60,532 nt of DNA from a virus (IMGVR_UViG_3300021085_000031:1-60532), one strand, 5' to 3'. Shown: positions 26,545 through 37,120, counted from the first letter of the stretch. Translations and numbers: made by a program. The notes: generated by a model from the letters alone, not told the origin.

Positions 26545-28239
26545 TTATTTATACCAATTTATCTTAGATTTTTTGTAGTTTTCAATAAAATCGTAATATC
26601 TACTAACGTCATTGTCATCTATAATCGGTGGATTACCAGAATACACATCATTCAAATTATATCCTAGTATACTATACCAGTGCATGTGCCAACCACTTTG
26701 ACTTTCTGGTCTTTTTAGTTTTTGTATTCTATTGGATTGAAACTTCGCACTCCACTCTACCATATCAATAAAATCATAATCTCCACTTGGATGTACCCAT
26801 GCACGTTGCATAGTTTCTTTTGCTCGGTCTTTTAGTTCTTCTCGTTTTAACCAATCAACAGCTTTATTTTTCATCATATCATGTATTGAAACGTTATCTG
26901 GTATTATTTGTTTTACTTCCCAATTGGTATGATAATACGATTCAACTATTCTATCAATAGGAGTCTTATCTCTCCATGTGTATCCGTACTTTGACGGGTT
27001 TTTTTCTATTTCAGATACCGCATCAATACCATCATGACCCACGTGTTGCGATATGTATAGTCCATGCATTGTTGCTTGGTTCTTCCAATACTTGTTCAGC
27101 CAATCCGCAGTATTGTCAAGAGTCTCAAACGTTTCATGTGGTAATCCCGCAATCATTGATAGTGTTCCATTATAATGATTACCTGATAATACATTTTTTC
27201 TAAAGTATTCTTCTCCTGCTATTAGACCTTCTTGTATTATAAGAGGGGACATTCCTTTTCTGATTGACTTTGCAGACGCATGATTGAACGACTCAAGACC
27301 CATAGAGTGACTGGTGAATCCCATAGTAATCATATTATCCCAGTCTTCTCTCGCTCGTTTTACAAACAAGTCTCCTCTAACAAATCCATGAAACTGCGGT
27401 TGAAAAGGTAATGTTTTTACAACACTAGCAAACTTCTCAATCTTCTCTGAACGGTCATTACAAGTTTCGTCTGCAAGTATGTAACGAGTCACACCCCATT
27501 TATCATAGTTTTCCCGTAACTCTTCTTCAAAGTTTATTGCATCTCTGGTATGGTCTCCCTTGACACCCAGTGGTGCATAGTCACAGAATGTACATTTAAA
27601 CATACATCCACGTGATAACTCTATAGTCAACACTTCATTCTTTTGTATGAAGTCTCTTTCCTCGTATGATGTTCTTGGGTTCTTATGTGGAAATGCGGGA
27701 TAGTCCTTGAAACAATCAATGATTTTAAATTTCTTATTGGTCATATCAATAAGATTGAATGGGTTGGTCATCTCTTTGACCTTTGGTTCAGATGCATTAC
27801 CAACAAAGTAATCACACAAAGCAACGATTGCATGTTCTCCATTACCTACGGAAAAGTAATCTACATTCTCGTGACGTATAACATTTACAAGTTTGTTTGC
27901 CCCCACGACAATTTTAATCCAAGGGTATTTCTTTTTGATGTGTTTTATAAGTCTGTTATGTTTTACTACTAATGGTGATGTATAGAAAATACCATATGTA
28001 AAAAATACACTGAAGCCTATCCATTTTGTGTTACGAGCAACCCGACTGTCAACAAAGTCTGATAGTTCTTCGTCTGACCATGCATCAATAAAATCTAAAA
28101 CTTCAACATCCCAATCTCTTGTTTCTCTTAAATGTGAGGCAATCCTGTGTGCTCCTGTTCCTCGTACAGGCATATCACGACCACTATATCCAACTGGATA
28201 CGTTATGTTCGCTCCCGTGATAATTAGTGCGTGATTCAT
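26545..28239 (-). CDS. Cobalamin-binding (class B) radical SAM enzyme
   Basis: N-terminal B12-binding-like domain (IASHLR, IGFSV, IVVG, GNGEHA), then SRGCMFKCTFC, DETCN, GLESFN, AGLPHET. Confidence 0.85.
   Translation of the reverse strand: MNHALIITGANITYPVGYSGRDMPVRGTGAHRIASHLRETRDWDVEVLDFIDAWSDEELSDFVDSRVARNTKWIGFSVFFTYGIFYTSPLVVKHNRLIKHIKKKYPWIKIVVGANKLVNVIRHENVDYFSVGNGEHAIVALCDYFVGNASEPKVKEMTNPFNLIDMTNKKFKIIDCFKDYPAFPHKNPRTSYEERDFIQKNEVLTIELSRGCMFKCTFCDYAPLGVKGDHTRDAINFEEELRENYDKWGVTRYILADETCNDRSEKIEKFASVVKTLPFQPQFHGFVRGDLFVKRAREDWDNMITMGFTSHSMGLESFNHASAKSIRKGMSPLIIQEGLIAGEEYFRKNVLSGNHYNGTLSMIAGLPHETFETLDNTADWLNKYWKNQATMHGLYISQHVGHDGIDAVSEIEKNPSKYGYTWRDKTPIDRIVESYYHTNWEVKQIIPDNVSIHDMMKNKAVDWLKREELKDRAKETMQRAWVHPSGDYDFIDMVEWSAKFQSNRIQKLKRPESQSGWHMHWYSILGYNLNDVYSGNPPIIDDNDVSRYYDFIENYKKSKINWYK
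26546..26553 (-). promoter_or_regulatory. T4-type late promoter for the gp2 operon
   Basis: TATAAATA formed by the last codons (TAT AAA TAA) of the radical SAM gene. Confidence 0.65.
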
Positions 28240-28712
28240 TTCTTACGTTTTTGAAAGGGTTTTAAAGGTTTTGTTGATTTAGGAATAAGAGACTTGAGTG
28301 GTTCATTCTTCTCAGTCCATATGACAAACTTCCACCCACGGTCTTTTGCATACTCGTTTGCCGCTTCCCATTTGTTTATGTTCTTGACATAGGTCATACT
28401 TTCTGATATGAATCGTTTAGTTCTACGATTACCTGTAGGGATTCGGGTTTCTTTATCTGGTTTTATCTCAACCAACCACGTCTTACCATCCTCCATGATA
28501 AGTTTCAAGTCCATAAAATATCTATGATAACGCTTGTCTACTTCATATAAGTATGGTATAATGACCTCTTCGGAAGACCACTTCTTTACCTTGGGATTAT
28601 CGTCTGCCCACTTGAATGCGTGTTTTTCCCATAAAGAACGGTATACCACATCTGTGTGGTCGCCCTGATACTTCTTTGGATTTTTTACCTTGTATCTTCC
28701 CGAATATGCCAT
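28236..28712 (-). CDS. gp4: Head completion nuclease gp4 (TnsA-like)
   Basis: MAYSGRY..KNPKKY.GD, YRSLWE, WSSEE..IPY, HRYF.D, EIKP, N.NKWEAA. Confidence 0.95.
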   Translation of the reverse strand: MAYSGRYKVKNPKKYQGDHTDVVYRSLWEKHAFKWADDNPKVKKWSSEEVIIPYLYEVDKRYHRYFMDLKLIMEDGKTWLVEIKPDKETRIPTGNRRTKRFISESMTYVKNINKWEAANEYAKDRGWKFVIWTEKNEPLKSLIPKSTKPLKPFQKRKK

Positions 28713-28720
28713 AAAAACCT

Positions 28721-28756
28721 TATAAATAAAGATAACTGATTTATAACCTATTTATA
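28721..28756. promoter_or_regulatory. Pair of oppositely oriented late promoters between gp4 and gp48
   Basis: TATAAATA at 28721-28728 (+) and TATTTATA at 28749-28756 (-). Confidence 0.8.
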
Positions 28757-28767
28757 GAGAAACTAAA

Positions 28768-29886
28768 ATGGTAGATAATATCCACGATGCACAAGTTGGA
28801 GATAAACTCACCCCCGCACAGGTACTAGAAGCAGCGGGTGGGCCTAAAGCAAAAACAAACGAAACTCCAGAGGGTGTCGATGTTGTTCTTGAAAAGAAAG
28901 ATTTAGAATATCCTCTGAATAATCCCGATGATTATAAAGGTCGTTTAGTTTTCAATGTGGTAAAAGAGGCAGAGACAGAACTCGGTAATGTCCTTGGTAA
29001 CGCACTAGAGTTTGGTAAAGACTTGGTAAAGGCAGTAACCGATGGTGCAAACCCATTTTCGGACGAAGATGCAAACACAGAAACCCCCGTACAAGTAGTA
29101 GCGGGTGGAAACCAAGAAGACCAACAAAAGGCAACCAATGCTCATTATGGTAACGAGTCTTCTAGTCAACCAGTCACAAAAAGAAAACCATTAACTGCGG
29201 TGGGAAGACAAGTATCTTTGTATCTTCCTGTTGGTCTACAGTATCGTGACAACGTTGCATATGAAAACACACAACTTGGTGCATCTGGTGGCGCAATGGA
29301 AGCAGGTCTAAAGAGTGGTGTCGGTGCATTGAGTTCTCTATTAGAGACTACTGGTAAAACCGTTAGTGCTGCACTTACTGGTAATGCAAGTCAAGATATG
29401 GCAAAACTTGCCACTGTAAAACTGATGGGTAGATTCCCAGATGAGGTTGCGGGTGCATTTAAAAGTGCTGGTCAAGTAACGACCAATCCAAATACACGAG
29501 TACTATTCAAAGAAGTTGGACTCCGTGATTTCTCGTTTGCGTTTAAGTTTATTGCAACCTCAGCTAAAGAGGCAGAAGAAGTCAAAGAGATTATCAAACT
29601 ATTCCGAACAGAACTCTATCCCGAAAACATTTCTCTTGAAGTTGCTGGTAGTGATATTTCTATTGGTTATCGTTTTCCAAACAAGTTTCAAATCAATGTC
29701 GAGTATGATGGTGAAGAGATTGCAACCCGAATCAAACCCTGTTATCTGAGAGATGTTGGTGTAACATATAATAATACTGCAATGTCAATGCACAGTGATG
29801 GTAACTTTCAAGAGATTGAAATGACGTTGGCGTTCCAAGAAAGTAGAACACTCAACAGAAAAGATGTTGAAGAGGACGGATTCTAA
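28768..29886 (+). CDS. gp48: Baseplate tail-tube cap gp48
   Basis: LYLP, NPN..VLF....RDFSF.FKF...S..EA..V..II..FR...YP, PC.L..V.V.Y, L.FQE. Confidence 0.85.
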   Translation: MVDNIHDAQVGDKLTPAQVLEAAGGPKAKTNETPEGVDVVLEKKDLEYPLNNPDDYKGRLVFNVVKEAETELGNVLGNALEFGKDLVKAVTDGANPFSDEDANTETPVQVVAGGNQEDQQKATNAHYGNESSSQPVTKRKPLTAVGRQVSLYLPVGLQYRDNVAYENTQLGASGGAMEAGLKSGVGALSSLLETTGKTVSAALTGNASQDMAKLATVKLMGRFPDEVAGAFKSAGQVTTNPNTRVLFKEVGLRDFSFAFKFIATSAKEAEEVKEIIKLFRTELYPENISLEVAGSDISIGYRFPNKFQINVEYDGEEIATRIKPCYLRDVGVTYNNTAMSMHSDGNFQEIEMTLAFQESRTLNRKDVEEDGF

Positions 29887-30662
29887 TGACAACTAAGTAT
29901 TTCAAAAACTTTGGTCTAACTGCATATCGCTTTGGTGATAATGAATTACCTGTATTGTTTGATAACCTAACACAATATGTAGACATCATTGACGGTTTAA
30001 AAGATAACATTTCTTTTTATAACAAACATACGATTATATCTGGCGATAGACCAGACACATTGTCCTATAGACTTTACGGAACAACCGATTATTACTGGAC
30101 ATTTTATTTGATGAATGATGATTTACGTGAATCTGGTTGGCCTGTGGCTGCACCCGAAATCATGACAACCCTTGAAGAGAAGTATCCGTATCGTACTGTA
30201 ACAACAAATACAAACCTTTCGGAGTCATTCTTTGTCGGTCAGATTGTGACGGGAACCACCAGTGGTACGGTTGGTAGAGTTGTAAAAAGAAGATTAGACC
30301 TTGGTCAGTTGATTATTGATACTTCATTAACTCCAGGCGATTACTTCGGTAAATACCCCAACGCAGAAAACTTTGGCCCTACCGAACAGATTAGTTACAT
30401 ATCTGAAGAAGGTGCATTCTACTCCGCAACGTTAATCAAAGAATCTAAACAATATGATTCGGTACACCATTACGAAGATGCTGACGGTGTATGGCAAGAC
30501 CTACCAATATACGACTTTGGTAATACGGGTAACTATAAAGCTGTTACATACAGAGAACGTATGGAAAACAGAAACGAAGACCTTAAACAGATTAATGTTC
30601 TTAAACCTTCAGTCATTAGTAAGGTTGTGGCTGAATTCAATAATTTCCATAAGGGTGTCTAA
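29886..30662 (+). CDS. gp53: Baseplate wedge subunit gp53
   Basis: YFKNF, GDRPDTLSYRLYG...YYW...LMN, HHYED, NE....I.VLKP. Confidence 0.9.
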   Translation: MTTKYFKNFGLTAYRFGDNELPVLFDNLTQYVDIIDGLKDNISFYNKHTIISGDRPDTLSYRLYGTTDYYWTFYLMNDDLRESGWPVAAPEIMTTLEEKYPYRTVTTNTNLSESFFVGQIVTGTTSGTVGRVVKRRLDLGQLIIDTSLTPGDYFGKYPNAENFGPTEQISYISEEGAFYSATLIKESKQYDSVHHYEDADGVWQDLPIYDFGNTGNYKAVTYRERMENRNEDLKQINVLKPSVISKVVAEFNNFHKGV

Positions 30663-32029
30663 TGTCATCTGGTAAAACTACGCAGTCGCAACAATTTAAG
30701 ATTGTTGAAGCGGTAATCAGTGCCGACAGATTTGGGGGTAATGATACTGCTTCTTTTGACGTGCGAACTTCTGTGGTAGAACTTAGTTTATTTGAAAGTT
30801 TAGATAAACCATACCTTACGGGTCAGTTGGTTCTTTTGGATGATAAAGCACTATTTGATACGATTCAGTTTCAAGGGACAGAAAGATTAAATATTAAAAT
30901 GGCTTCCGTTGATAATGACTTAGATGTTATCATGGAACGTACATTCATTATGACAGGTATAGAAAAGTCTGTCAAGTCAAATGCAAACGGAAAGTCTAGT
31001 GTATTACTATTCACATTATTAGACGAACATGCATTCTTATCCAATCTAAAAAAGATTAGTAAGTCCTTTAATGGTCGAATTGATGAGATATTGATTAAGT
31101 TACTTGCAACAGAAATGAATTTGGATATTGATTTATCTTATCTATTTCTACCAGACGGGAAAAGAACTCTCCCAGTACAATCAAACATTAAGGGTATTAT
31201 ACCCAATCTCACACCTATAGAAGCGGTTAAGTGGTTGACCAATCGAGCTACGACAATCACGGGTTCCCCATTCTTTACTTACGCATCAATGCATGATAAT
31301 AACCTACGTTTGGGAAATCTTGATGCAATGTTATTTCAACCCGCATTCAACGAGAAGATACCTTACACATATAACCCAGCAAACATAGCGGGTGCGGATA
31401 GTCAGACAGAATTTGAAAAGACGTTTACAATTAAATCATTGACGGTATCAAAACAAGCGAACACACTCAAGTTAATTAGAGAGGGTGCGGTTGGTTCTAT
31501 GTTACAGAACACAAATTTGAATACGGGTGAGGTGAGTCGTAATCACCATAGTTTCAGGGAAGTGTTGACAAAACTTAAAACACAGAACATTATTGGAAAT
31601 TACCAAAATGTATTCGACCCCGCATTTAAAATGAACGAGACTTTCGTTGACGAATATGACTCACGTATATATCATACAATAACATCTTCAGGAACTTATG
31701 GCAGATTTAAATCATATCATGATGAATATGATGGAACTAAGATGCGAAAGAAATTGGAGAGACGAGCCATTCTCAATCATCTATATAAGAACATGTTGAA
31801 TGTTGTTGTCGAAGGTGCGGGATTCATCATATCAAAAGCAAGTGTTGGTGACGTAGTTAATCTAATGATTGTGAACGATAATGTTGAAGCGTCAGCCAAT
31901 GCCGCAAAGGGTGAACTTGTTGATAAAGCAAAGTCTGGTGACTTCATTATCTATGACACAAGACATACATTCGCTGGTACACAACACACAGTATCAATGA
32001 ATGTTTGTAAATTGGAGAGAGAAGAATGA
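30662..32029 (+). CDS. Baseplate hub protein (gp27-like)
   Basis: LFESLDKPYLTG...D, SKSF.G, IIPNLTP..A..WL, SGDFII...RH; position between gp53 and gp5. Confidence 0.7.
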   Translation: MSSGKTTQSQQFKIVEAVISADRFGGNDTASFDVRTSVVELSLFESLDKPYLTGQLVLLDDKALFDTIQFQGTERLNIKMASVDNDLDVIMERTFIMTGIEKSVKSNANGKSSVLLFTLLDEHAFLSNLKKISKSFNGRIDEILIKLLATEMNLDIDLSYLFLPDGKRTLPVQSNIKGIIPNLTPIEAVKWLTNRATTITGSPFFTYASMHDNNLRLGNLDAMLFQPAFNEKIPYTYNPANIAGADSQTEFEKTFTIKSLTVSKQANTLKLIREGAVGSMLQNTNLNTGEVSRNHHSFREVLTKLKTQNIIGNYQNVFDPAFKMNETFVDEYDSRIYHTITSSGTYGRFKSYHDEYDGTKMRKKLERRAILNHLYKNMLNVVVEGAGFIISKASVGDVVNLMIVNDNVEASANAAKGELVDKAKSGDFIIYDTRHTFAGTQHTVSMNVCKLEREE

Positions 32030-32892
32030 ACCCTATTCTATCGGAGTTCTACGGTGACAACACACGGTGGTTTATTGCGACTGTCGTGGATGCATCTCCC
32101 CCATACGGTTTTGAGGGTCGAGTAAAGATTCGTGTTCATGGTCTACACACCCCATCCACACGACTGATTCCACAAGCAGATTTACCTTGGGCCCAGTGTG
32201 TGATTCCTACTACAGAAGGTGGTGCGTCTGGTATCGGACGGATGCCTCAATTACAACCAAGTGCATTGGTATTTGGTATGTTTATGGATGGAGTCAACTC
32301 ACAGACACCTATTGTATTAGGTTCTCTTCCACACATTGAGTTTCCTTCAACAATACAAGTTGGTCAGTCTAACCAAAAACTCAAGTCCGATAATAAACCA
32401 GAGGAAGTCTGGGACAATGTTGCGGCTGAAAATACACCAGATATAATTGACATCGAAGACACTAATACAGAAAAGGTTGCTCTTAATGTCCAACGTCAAA
32501 GAGAAAAAACTTCGGTTGCCTTCTTTCTAAACTTGGGGTATACTTTAAAACAATCTATAGGATTAACTGCGGCTTTGAGTTTTGTTTCTGGTGGTATGAC
32601 CACAGGTAGAAACACAGACAATAAAGGTATCGGTGCATTCTCGGAAGGACGTTATTCTGAATTACAGAAGTTCTCTAATGACTACGACACGTTCCTTGTA
32701 CAATTATCCTTTGTCGCATATGAGTTAAACACTACACAGTCTAGTACAAACATTAGATTGGTAAACGCCACGAAATTGAATGATAAAGGTATTTGTCAGA
32801 TTGTTTCTAAATACTATCTGGACAGACCCGATGCAGCTTCTATCAAAGCGATTGAAACGGCTGCCGAAGAATTAATGAATAGGATATCATAG
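32026..32892 (+). CDS. gp5: gp5 N-terminal OB-fold fused to a degenerate phage tail lysozyme-like domain
   Basis: WF...V...GRVKIRV.GLH...DLPWA...VFG.FMDG...Q.P.VLG; C-terminal FF..G.....G....S...G.G.F...R..L...QL.FV.YEL. Confidence 0.8.
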   Translation: MNPILSEFYGDNTRWFIATVVDASPPYGFEGRVKIRVHGLHTPSTRLIPQADLPWAQCVIPTTEGGASGIGRMPQLQPSALVFGMFMDGVNSQTPIVLGSLPHIEFPSTIQVGQSNQKLKSDNKPEEVWDNVAAENTPDIIDIEDTNTEKVALNVQRQREKTSVAFFLNLGYTLKQSIGLTAALSFVSGGMTTGRNTDNKGIGAFSEGRYSELQKFSNDYDTFLVQLSFVAYELNTTQSSTNIRLVNATKLNDKGICQIVSKYYLDRPDAASIKAIETAAEELMNRIS

Positions 32893-35013
32893 ATGTCATT
32901 AAATAAACAAAACTTAAACGTTCTTCTTGGTTCTGAAATAAGAAAGAAACAAGAACCGACAGACCCGTTTGTTCGTAAGGGAGAGGTGGCCGTTCAGGAA
33001 ATCTTTGTCAAAAGAAATACCATAGTTGGTCAAAAAGACGGACAAATTCTTGGTGGTATTAAGACATTAGGACAATCCACAAACTCCAGTGAAGAAGTTA
33101 TTACCAGTGCTATCGGTCAAATTACGGATGACCTCCCCGCATTGTCTGGTGCGAAGGGTAACCTTCTAGAAGTTTCTTTTGATACCGTATTAGACTCTGA
33201 CGGAAAGTTCTTGCGATTCAAGTTGCCTACAGATTCCGATGGTGGTATTGCACTTGCACCCATCATTGCGGATAGTAATGGTGAACTGTTTCGTGGTGTT
33301 GGTCGTGATTCTGATAACCCTGCTCGTTCCTTTGGTACGCTATCAACAACTGTTACTTCCTTGACAGGTCTTCCCGCACTTAGAGCAAACAAGCCTACAT
33401 CCGCACTTGCAGTTATATCTGATGGTACTGCTCAAAGTATTGCGGAATGTGTCAGTGTTGCAGAAGATAAGAAATCAAAAGACTTTGCAGAGATTGCTGC
33501 ATTTACTGATGTCATTGAAGCAATGAAACCACCTGCTTCGGTAAGTGGTGGTTTGTTTGGTAAGATTAAAAAAGCAATGAGTGCAGTAAGTTTTGCGGGT
33601 GGTTTGACAGGTACTCTGAGTCAAATTGCACCTCTAGCCTCGTTGAACGAACAGGTTGCTTCTATTGGTGATAAAATTGATGCAATTGCTTTGCCTGGCA
33701 ACATTGGTACAATTGGTGAATTAAATGAACTTGCACAGAATGTGATGGCAACTCCAGGCGAATTGCTACAGGGTGCGGGAGACTTGGTAAGTAATTTTAC
33801 TGGACAGTTTGCTCAGGATGCACTGGCACAATTCCAAAGTTTGAAAGACACTTTACCAGACCTTCCTAGTGTGGAAGATGTTGTCGGTACAGACTTGACC
33901 GATGTTAAATCTGCACTAGACGAGTTTAAGGAAGCCGCAGATAACTTTGATACCAACTTCGATAATAGAACTGAAATGGGATTGGGTGGAGTATTACAAA
34001 ACCTATCCGAGAGATTGTCGGGGGCAGCTGCATCATTTATTCAAAACATAGTTCCAGGCGGTATCATAACTTCTGACGAAGAACGAAGAAAGATTTTAGA
34101 ACAATTTGGTTCGGGTGACGAGAATCAAAAGAAAGAAGCTGTCAAAACGTTAACTAAGAAATCTAATAACGTAACTAGTCGTATGAAGGATATCTTGGAT
34201 AAAGATACTAGGTCAACCAACACTCTTGATATGCAAATCGAAATGATTGAAACGGCAAGAAAACAAGATGTCCCCGAACAAGAGATTGCTATTGCACAAC
34301 AAGAGATATCCAGAATTAAAGAATCTATGGAGGAACTAAATACTACTATCAGTGGTACAGTGGTTATAGATGCTGACCTATTTGATGAAGGAGTACCAAT
34401 AGACAATTCATCAAGATGGAGTGGCAAGAATAGTCCAGATGATGTCTTTACTATGGTATCGTCCGTAGAAGAATTAGATGCAGAGATGCAGAAAGTTTAT
34501 CGACCAATTACTGAAGTGGTTGTTCATGCAACCGAGACCTTTACTAATAAAGATATTGGTTCGATTGAAATAAACAATATGCAGATTGAATTGGGTCACG
34601 AGGGTATTGGATACCATTATGTGATTCGAAGAGATGGTAGACTGCAACGTGGTAGACCAGTTAATACGGTGGGCGAACACGCACCCATAAACGGACACGA
34701 TGCGTTTTCGATTGGTCTTGCATTGGTAGGTGGACTTAATGTGTCTTCGGGTGATAACAACCCTACAGACTATAGGTCTTCTCAATCGTTTACTAGAGAA
34801 CAGTTTACGACATTAGAGAAATTCATAAAGAGTTTCTATCGTAGATTCCCAGGCGGACAGGTCTTCGGTCACAACGATATTGACGAGACAGAATTTGACC
34901 CATACTTTGATGTTCCAGATTATGTAGAATCGGTATTCAGAAAGATAAACAAAACTACTGAACCATTGATAACAGGCCCACTCTCAGAAGCGGAGATTAA
35001 TAATGACAACTAA
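32893..35013 (+). CDS. Baseplate-associated protein with C-terminal N-acetylmuramoyl-L-alanine amidase (Amidase_2, T7 lysozyme-like)
   Basis: VVVHAT, IGYHYVIRRDG..Q.GRP, SIG..LVGG, FT.EQF..L, GHND, DP.FDV. Confidence 0.85.
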   Translation: MSLNKQNLNVLLGSEIRKKQEPTDPFVRKGEVAVQEIFVKRNTIVGQKDGQILGGIKTLGQSTNSSEEVITSAIGQITDDLPALSGAKGNLLEVSFDTVLDSDGKFLRFKLPTDSDGGIALAPIIADSNGELFRGVGRDSDNPARSFGTLSTTVTSLTGLPALRANKPTSALAVISDGTAQSIAECVSVAEDKKSKDFAEIAAFTDVIEAMKPPASVSGGLFGKIKKAMSAVSFAGGLTGTLSQIAPLASLNEQVASIGDKIDAIALPGNIGTIGELNELAQNVMATPGELLQGAGDLVSNFTGQFAQDALAQFQSLKDTLPDLPSVEDVVGTDLTDVKSALDEFKEAADNFDTNFDNRTEMGLGGVLQNLSERLSGAAASFIQNIVPGGIITSDEERRKILEQFGSGDENQKKEAVKTLTKKSNNVTSRMKDILDKDTRSTNTLDMQIEMIETARKQDVPEQEIAIAQQEISRIKESMEELNTTISGTVVIDADLFDEGVPIDNSSRWSGKNSPDDVFTMVSSVEELDAEMQKVYRPITEVVVHATETFTNKDIGSIEINNMQIELGHEGIGYHYVIRRDGRLQRGRPVNTVGEHAPINGHDAFSIGLALVGGLNVSSGDNNPTDYRSSQSFTREQFTTLEKFIKSFYRRFPGGQVFGHNDIDETEFDPYFDVPDYVESVFRKINKTTEPLITGPLSEAEINNDN

Positions 35014-36523
35014 GAATGACAATTATAATATTAGGGTCGAGAAGATTGGCGAGGGTACAGAGAATACTCTAGGTGTTCCTTTAGATGGAATGCAAGACCC
35101 TACGGGTGAGTATCCCAAACGTGAATATAACTATGGGTCATCAATTAACAAAGCTGCACGTGGTTCCAAAACAAACAACCTCTATGTTGGGGGTGGTGAC
35201 ATTGGTGTGTCCTTGGGTATTGAACCACAGAGACCATCCGAGTATCCATTTAACCAAGTACAAGAGACTATCTCTGGTCACGTAATCGAACAGGATGACA
35301 CGCCTGGCGGTGAACGAGTACTAATCAAACATCGTACTGGTGCGGGTGTAGAGATGAGAGCAGATGGTTCTGTTATCATTTCCGCAGTGAACAACAAGGT
35401 AGAAGTGACTGGTGGTGACCAGACTGTTATCATTGAGGGTAATGGTAATCTCGTGTATCAGGGTAACTTGAACATGAAGGTGACTGGTGACTATAATGTT
35501 GATGTGGGTGGTAACTACAATGTCAATGTTGGTGGTAGTCTACGTGAAGAGATTCAACAGAATCACCGAACCATCACAACAGGTAATCGTGAAGAGACTG
35601 TCAAGAAGACTAAGACTAATCGTACACTGAGTACCGTTACAGATGTTATGTTGGCAGATTATAACCAATTTGTCAAGCTCGACCAAAAGAATTTTGTTGA
35701 AGGTAATATAGAGATTGCTGCAGAAGACAATATTCTCATCTCAGGTAAAGAAGCGGTTGCAATCTCAAGTAAGAATGCAAATATCACTGGTGCAAAGTAT
35801 GTATCCGTTATGGGACAGAAAGGTGCAATCGGTGGTAGAATGGTTGACTTTACTGGTAACGTATTCCAAGGTGGTGAAGGCCCAGTTGAGTTTAACTCAG
35901 GTGCGAACTTCTACGGTACATTCTTTGGTAAGGCATCTGAAGCATGGAAAGCGAATAATGCAAACAATGCTGACCTCGCACTTAGGTCGTTTTACGCTTC
36001 TAACGCCAACAAATCACTAACGGCCGTTTCGGCAACTGCAGCGCTGACAGCGGGTTCGCTAGGGGCGTCTGGACTTGGGGGTAGTCCGCCAATCATATTG
36101 GCGGCGAGTGTTCACTTACCTAAATTTGCTGATGAGTTTCAGTATCCAAGTTCAGGCCCTGCCGAGACACAGATTACGGGTGAGTGGGTAGTAGGTCAAG
36201 TGGTCAATGGTGACTATGCAATCCGAACTGTTGTAATTGATGGTGGTGATGTATTGTTGACCAAGACTCTCCTATCAGATGATTACGAAGATGTGTTTGA
36301 TAAAGTTCCGACTACCCAAGAGATTCGTTCTGCATTTAGAAACAAATCTTCTCGTGAAAAGATTGGTAGTATTTTGGTATCCGAAGAGAAACTTAATCCA
36401 GAATATAAAACAAAGAGTCCGCCCGCAGTGGGTAGGACAGTGAAGAAATCCCCATCATCTAGATTTGGATTTGAACCGATTGGTAATGCAATTGAGAATA
36501 GAGGAAAGAGGTTTACACCATGA
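35003..36523 (+). CDS. gp5: gp5 C-terminal beta-helix spike protein
   Basis: DP.GEYP, YPFNQV.ET.SGH..E.DDTPG.ER....HRTG, then V.G(D/N) 8-mer repeats. Confidence 0.85.
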   Translation: MTTKNDNYNIRVEKIGEGTENTLGVPLDGMQDPTGEYPKREYNYGSSINKAARGSKTNNLYVGGGDIGVSLGIEPQRPSEYPFNQVQETISGHVIEQDDTPGGERVLIKHRTGAGVEMRADGSVIISAVNNKVEVTGGDQTVIIEGNGNLVYQGNLNMKVTGDYNVDVGGNYNVNVGGSLREEIQQNHRTITTGNREETVKKTKTNRTLSTVTDVMLADYNQFVKLDQKNFVEGNIEIAAEDNILISGKEAVAISSKNANITGAKYVSVMGQKGAIGGRMVDFTGNVFQGGEGPVEFNSGANFYGTFFGKASEAWKANNANNADLALRSFYASNANKSLTAVSATAALTAGSLGASGLGGSPPIILAASVHLPKFADEFQYPSSGPAETQITGEWVVGQVVNGDYAIRTVVIDGGDVLLTKTLLSDDYEDVFDKVPTTQEIRSAFRNKSSREKIGSILVSEEKLNPEYKTKSPPAVGRTVKKSPSSRFGFEPIGNAIENRGKRFTP

Positions 36524-37113
36524 TAGTACTAGTTGACCCAGTATATAATCCAAAGAATCAGGGACAGATTACATCTGCTACCAAGTTGGGGCCAGGCATA
36601 ACCATTGCAAAGTTTCTTGGTGCATATGGTGACAGAACACCGTTCAACCATGTGATTAGTAATTCCGCAAGACAACTGATTGCGAGACAATTATATCTCC
36701 AATCAGAAGCGATGAGAATCATTAATGGTAACACCGAAAACTTCAATGACATTCGCATGATTGTATCAGAGGGAATATACCAGTTAAGAGAAGGTGACAA
36801 GTCTGACGAAACCATGCAGAAAAAATCTGACGGTAGATTAGTATATTATCAGATAATCGACCAAGAAGGCAATATTAATTTAGAAAAAACTTTTGATGTT
36901 GCAGAATATCTCAAAGACTATATCAAGTTCAAGAAACTTTACTTAGATTACGATATGTACAATCCGAACAGAAAACTTACTGCACAGATAGGGATTGAGT
37001 TTCCTCCAGTACCAGAATCGTTTGATATTGCATTCAATGGTGAAGTTGAAACTCATTTTAATAATGAGTTGATGAGTAAGGATGAATTAGTAGAAATTAA
37101 AGAAAGTGCTTAA
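36520..37113 (+). CDS. Baseplate-region protein, possibly a degenerate peptidase M15 fold
   Basis: Position before gp25; spacing of IVSEG.Y, DGR.VYY, FKKLYLDY and QIGIE echoes M15A but lacks the His ligands. Confidence 0.45.
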   Translation: MIVLVDPVYNPKNQGQITSATKLGPGITIAKFLGAYGDRTPFNHVISNSARQLIARQLYLQSEAMRIINGNTENFNDIRMIVSEGIYQLREGDKSDETMQKKSDGRLVYYQIIDQEGNINLEKTFDVAEYLKDYIKFKKLYLDYDMYNPNRKLTAQIGIEFPPVPESFDIAFNGEVETHFNNELMSKDELVEIKESA

Positions 37114-37120
37114 AAAAGGT

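Noticed and set aside
28236-28712. Tn7 transposase TnsA or mobile element
   Set aside because: The TnsA-like fold is the normal T4 gp4 head-completion protein in its usual neighbourhood; no other tns genes or transposon ends
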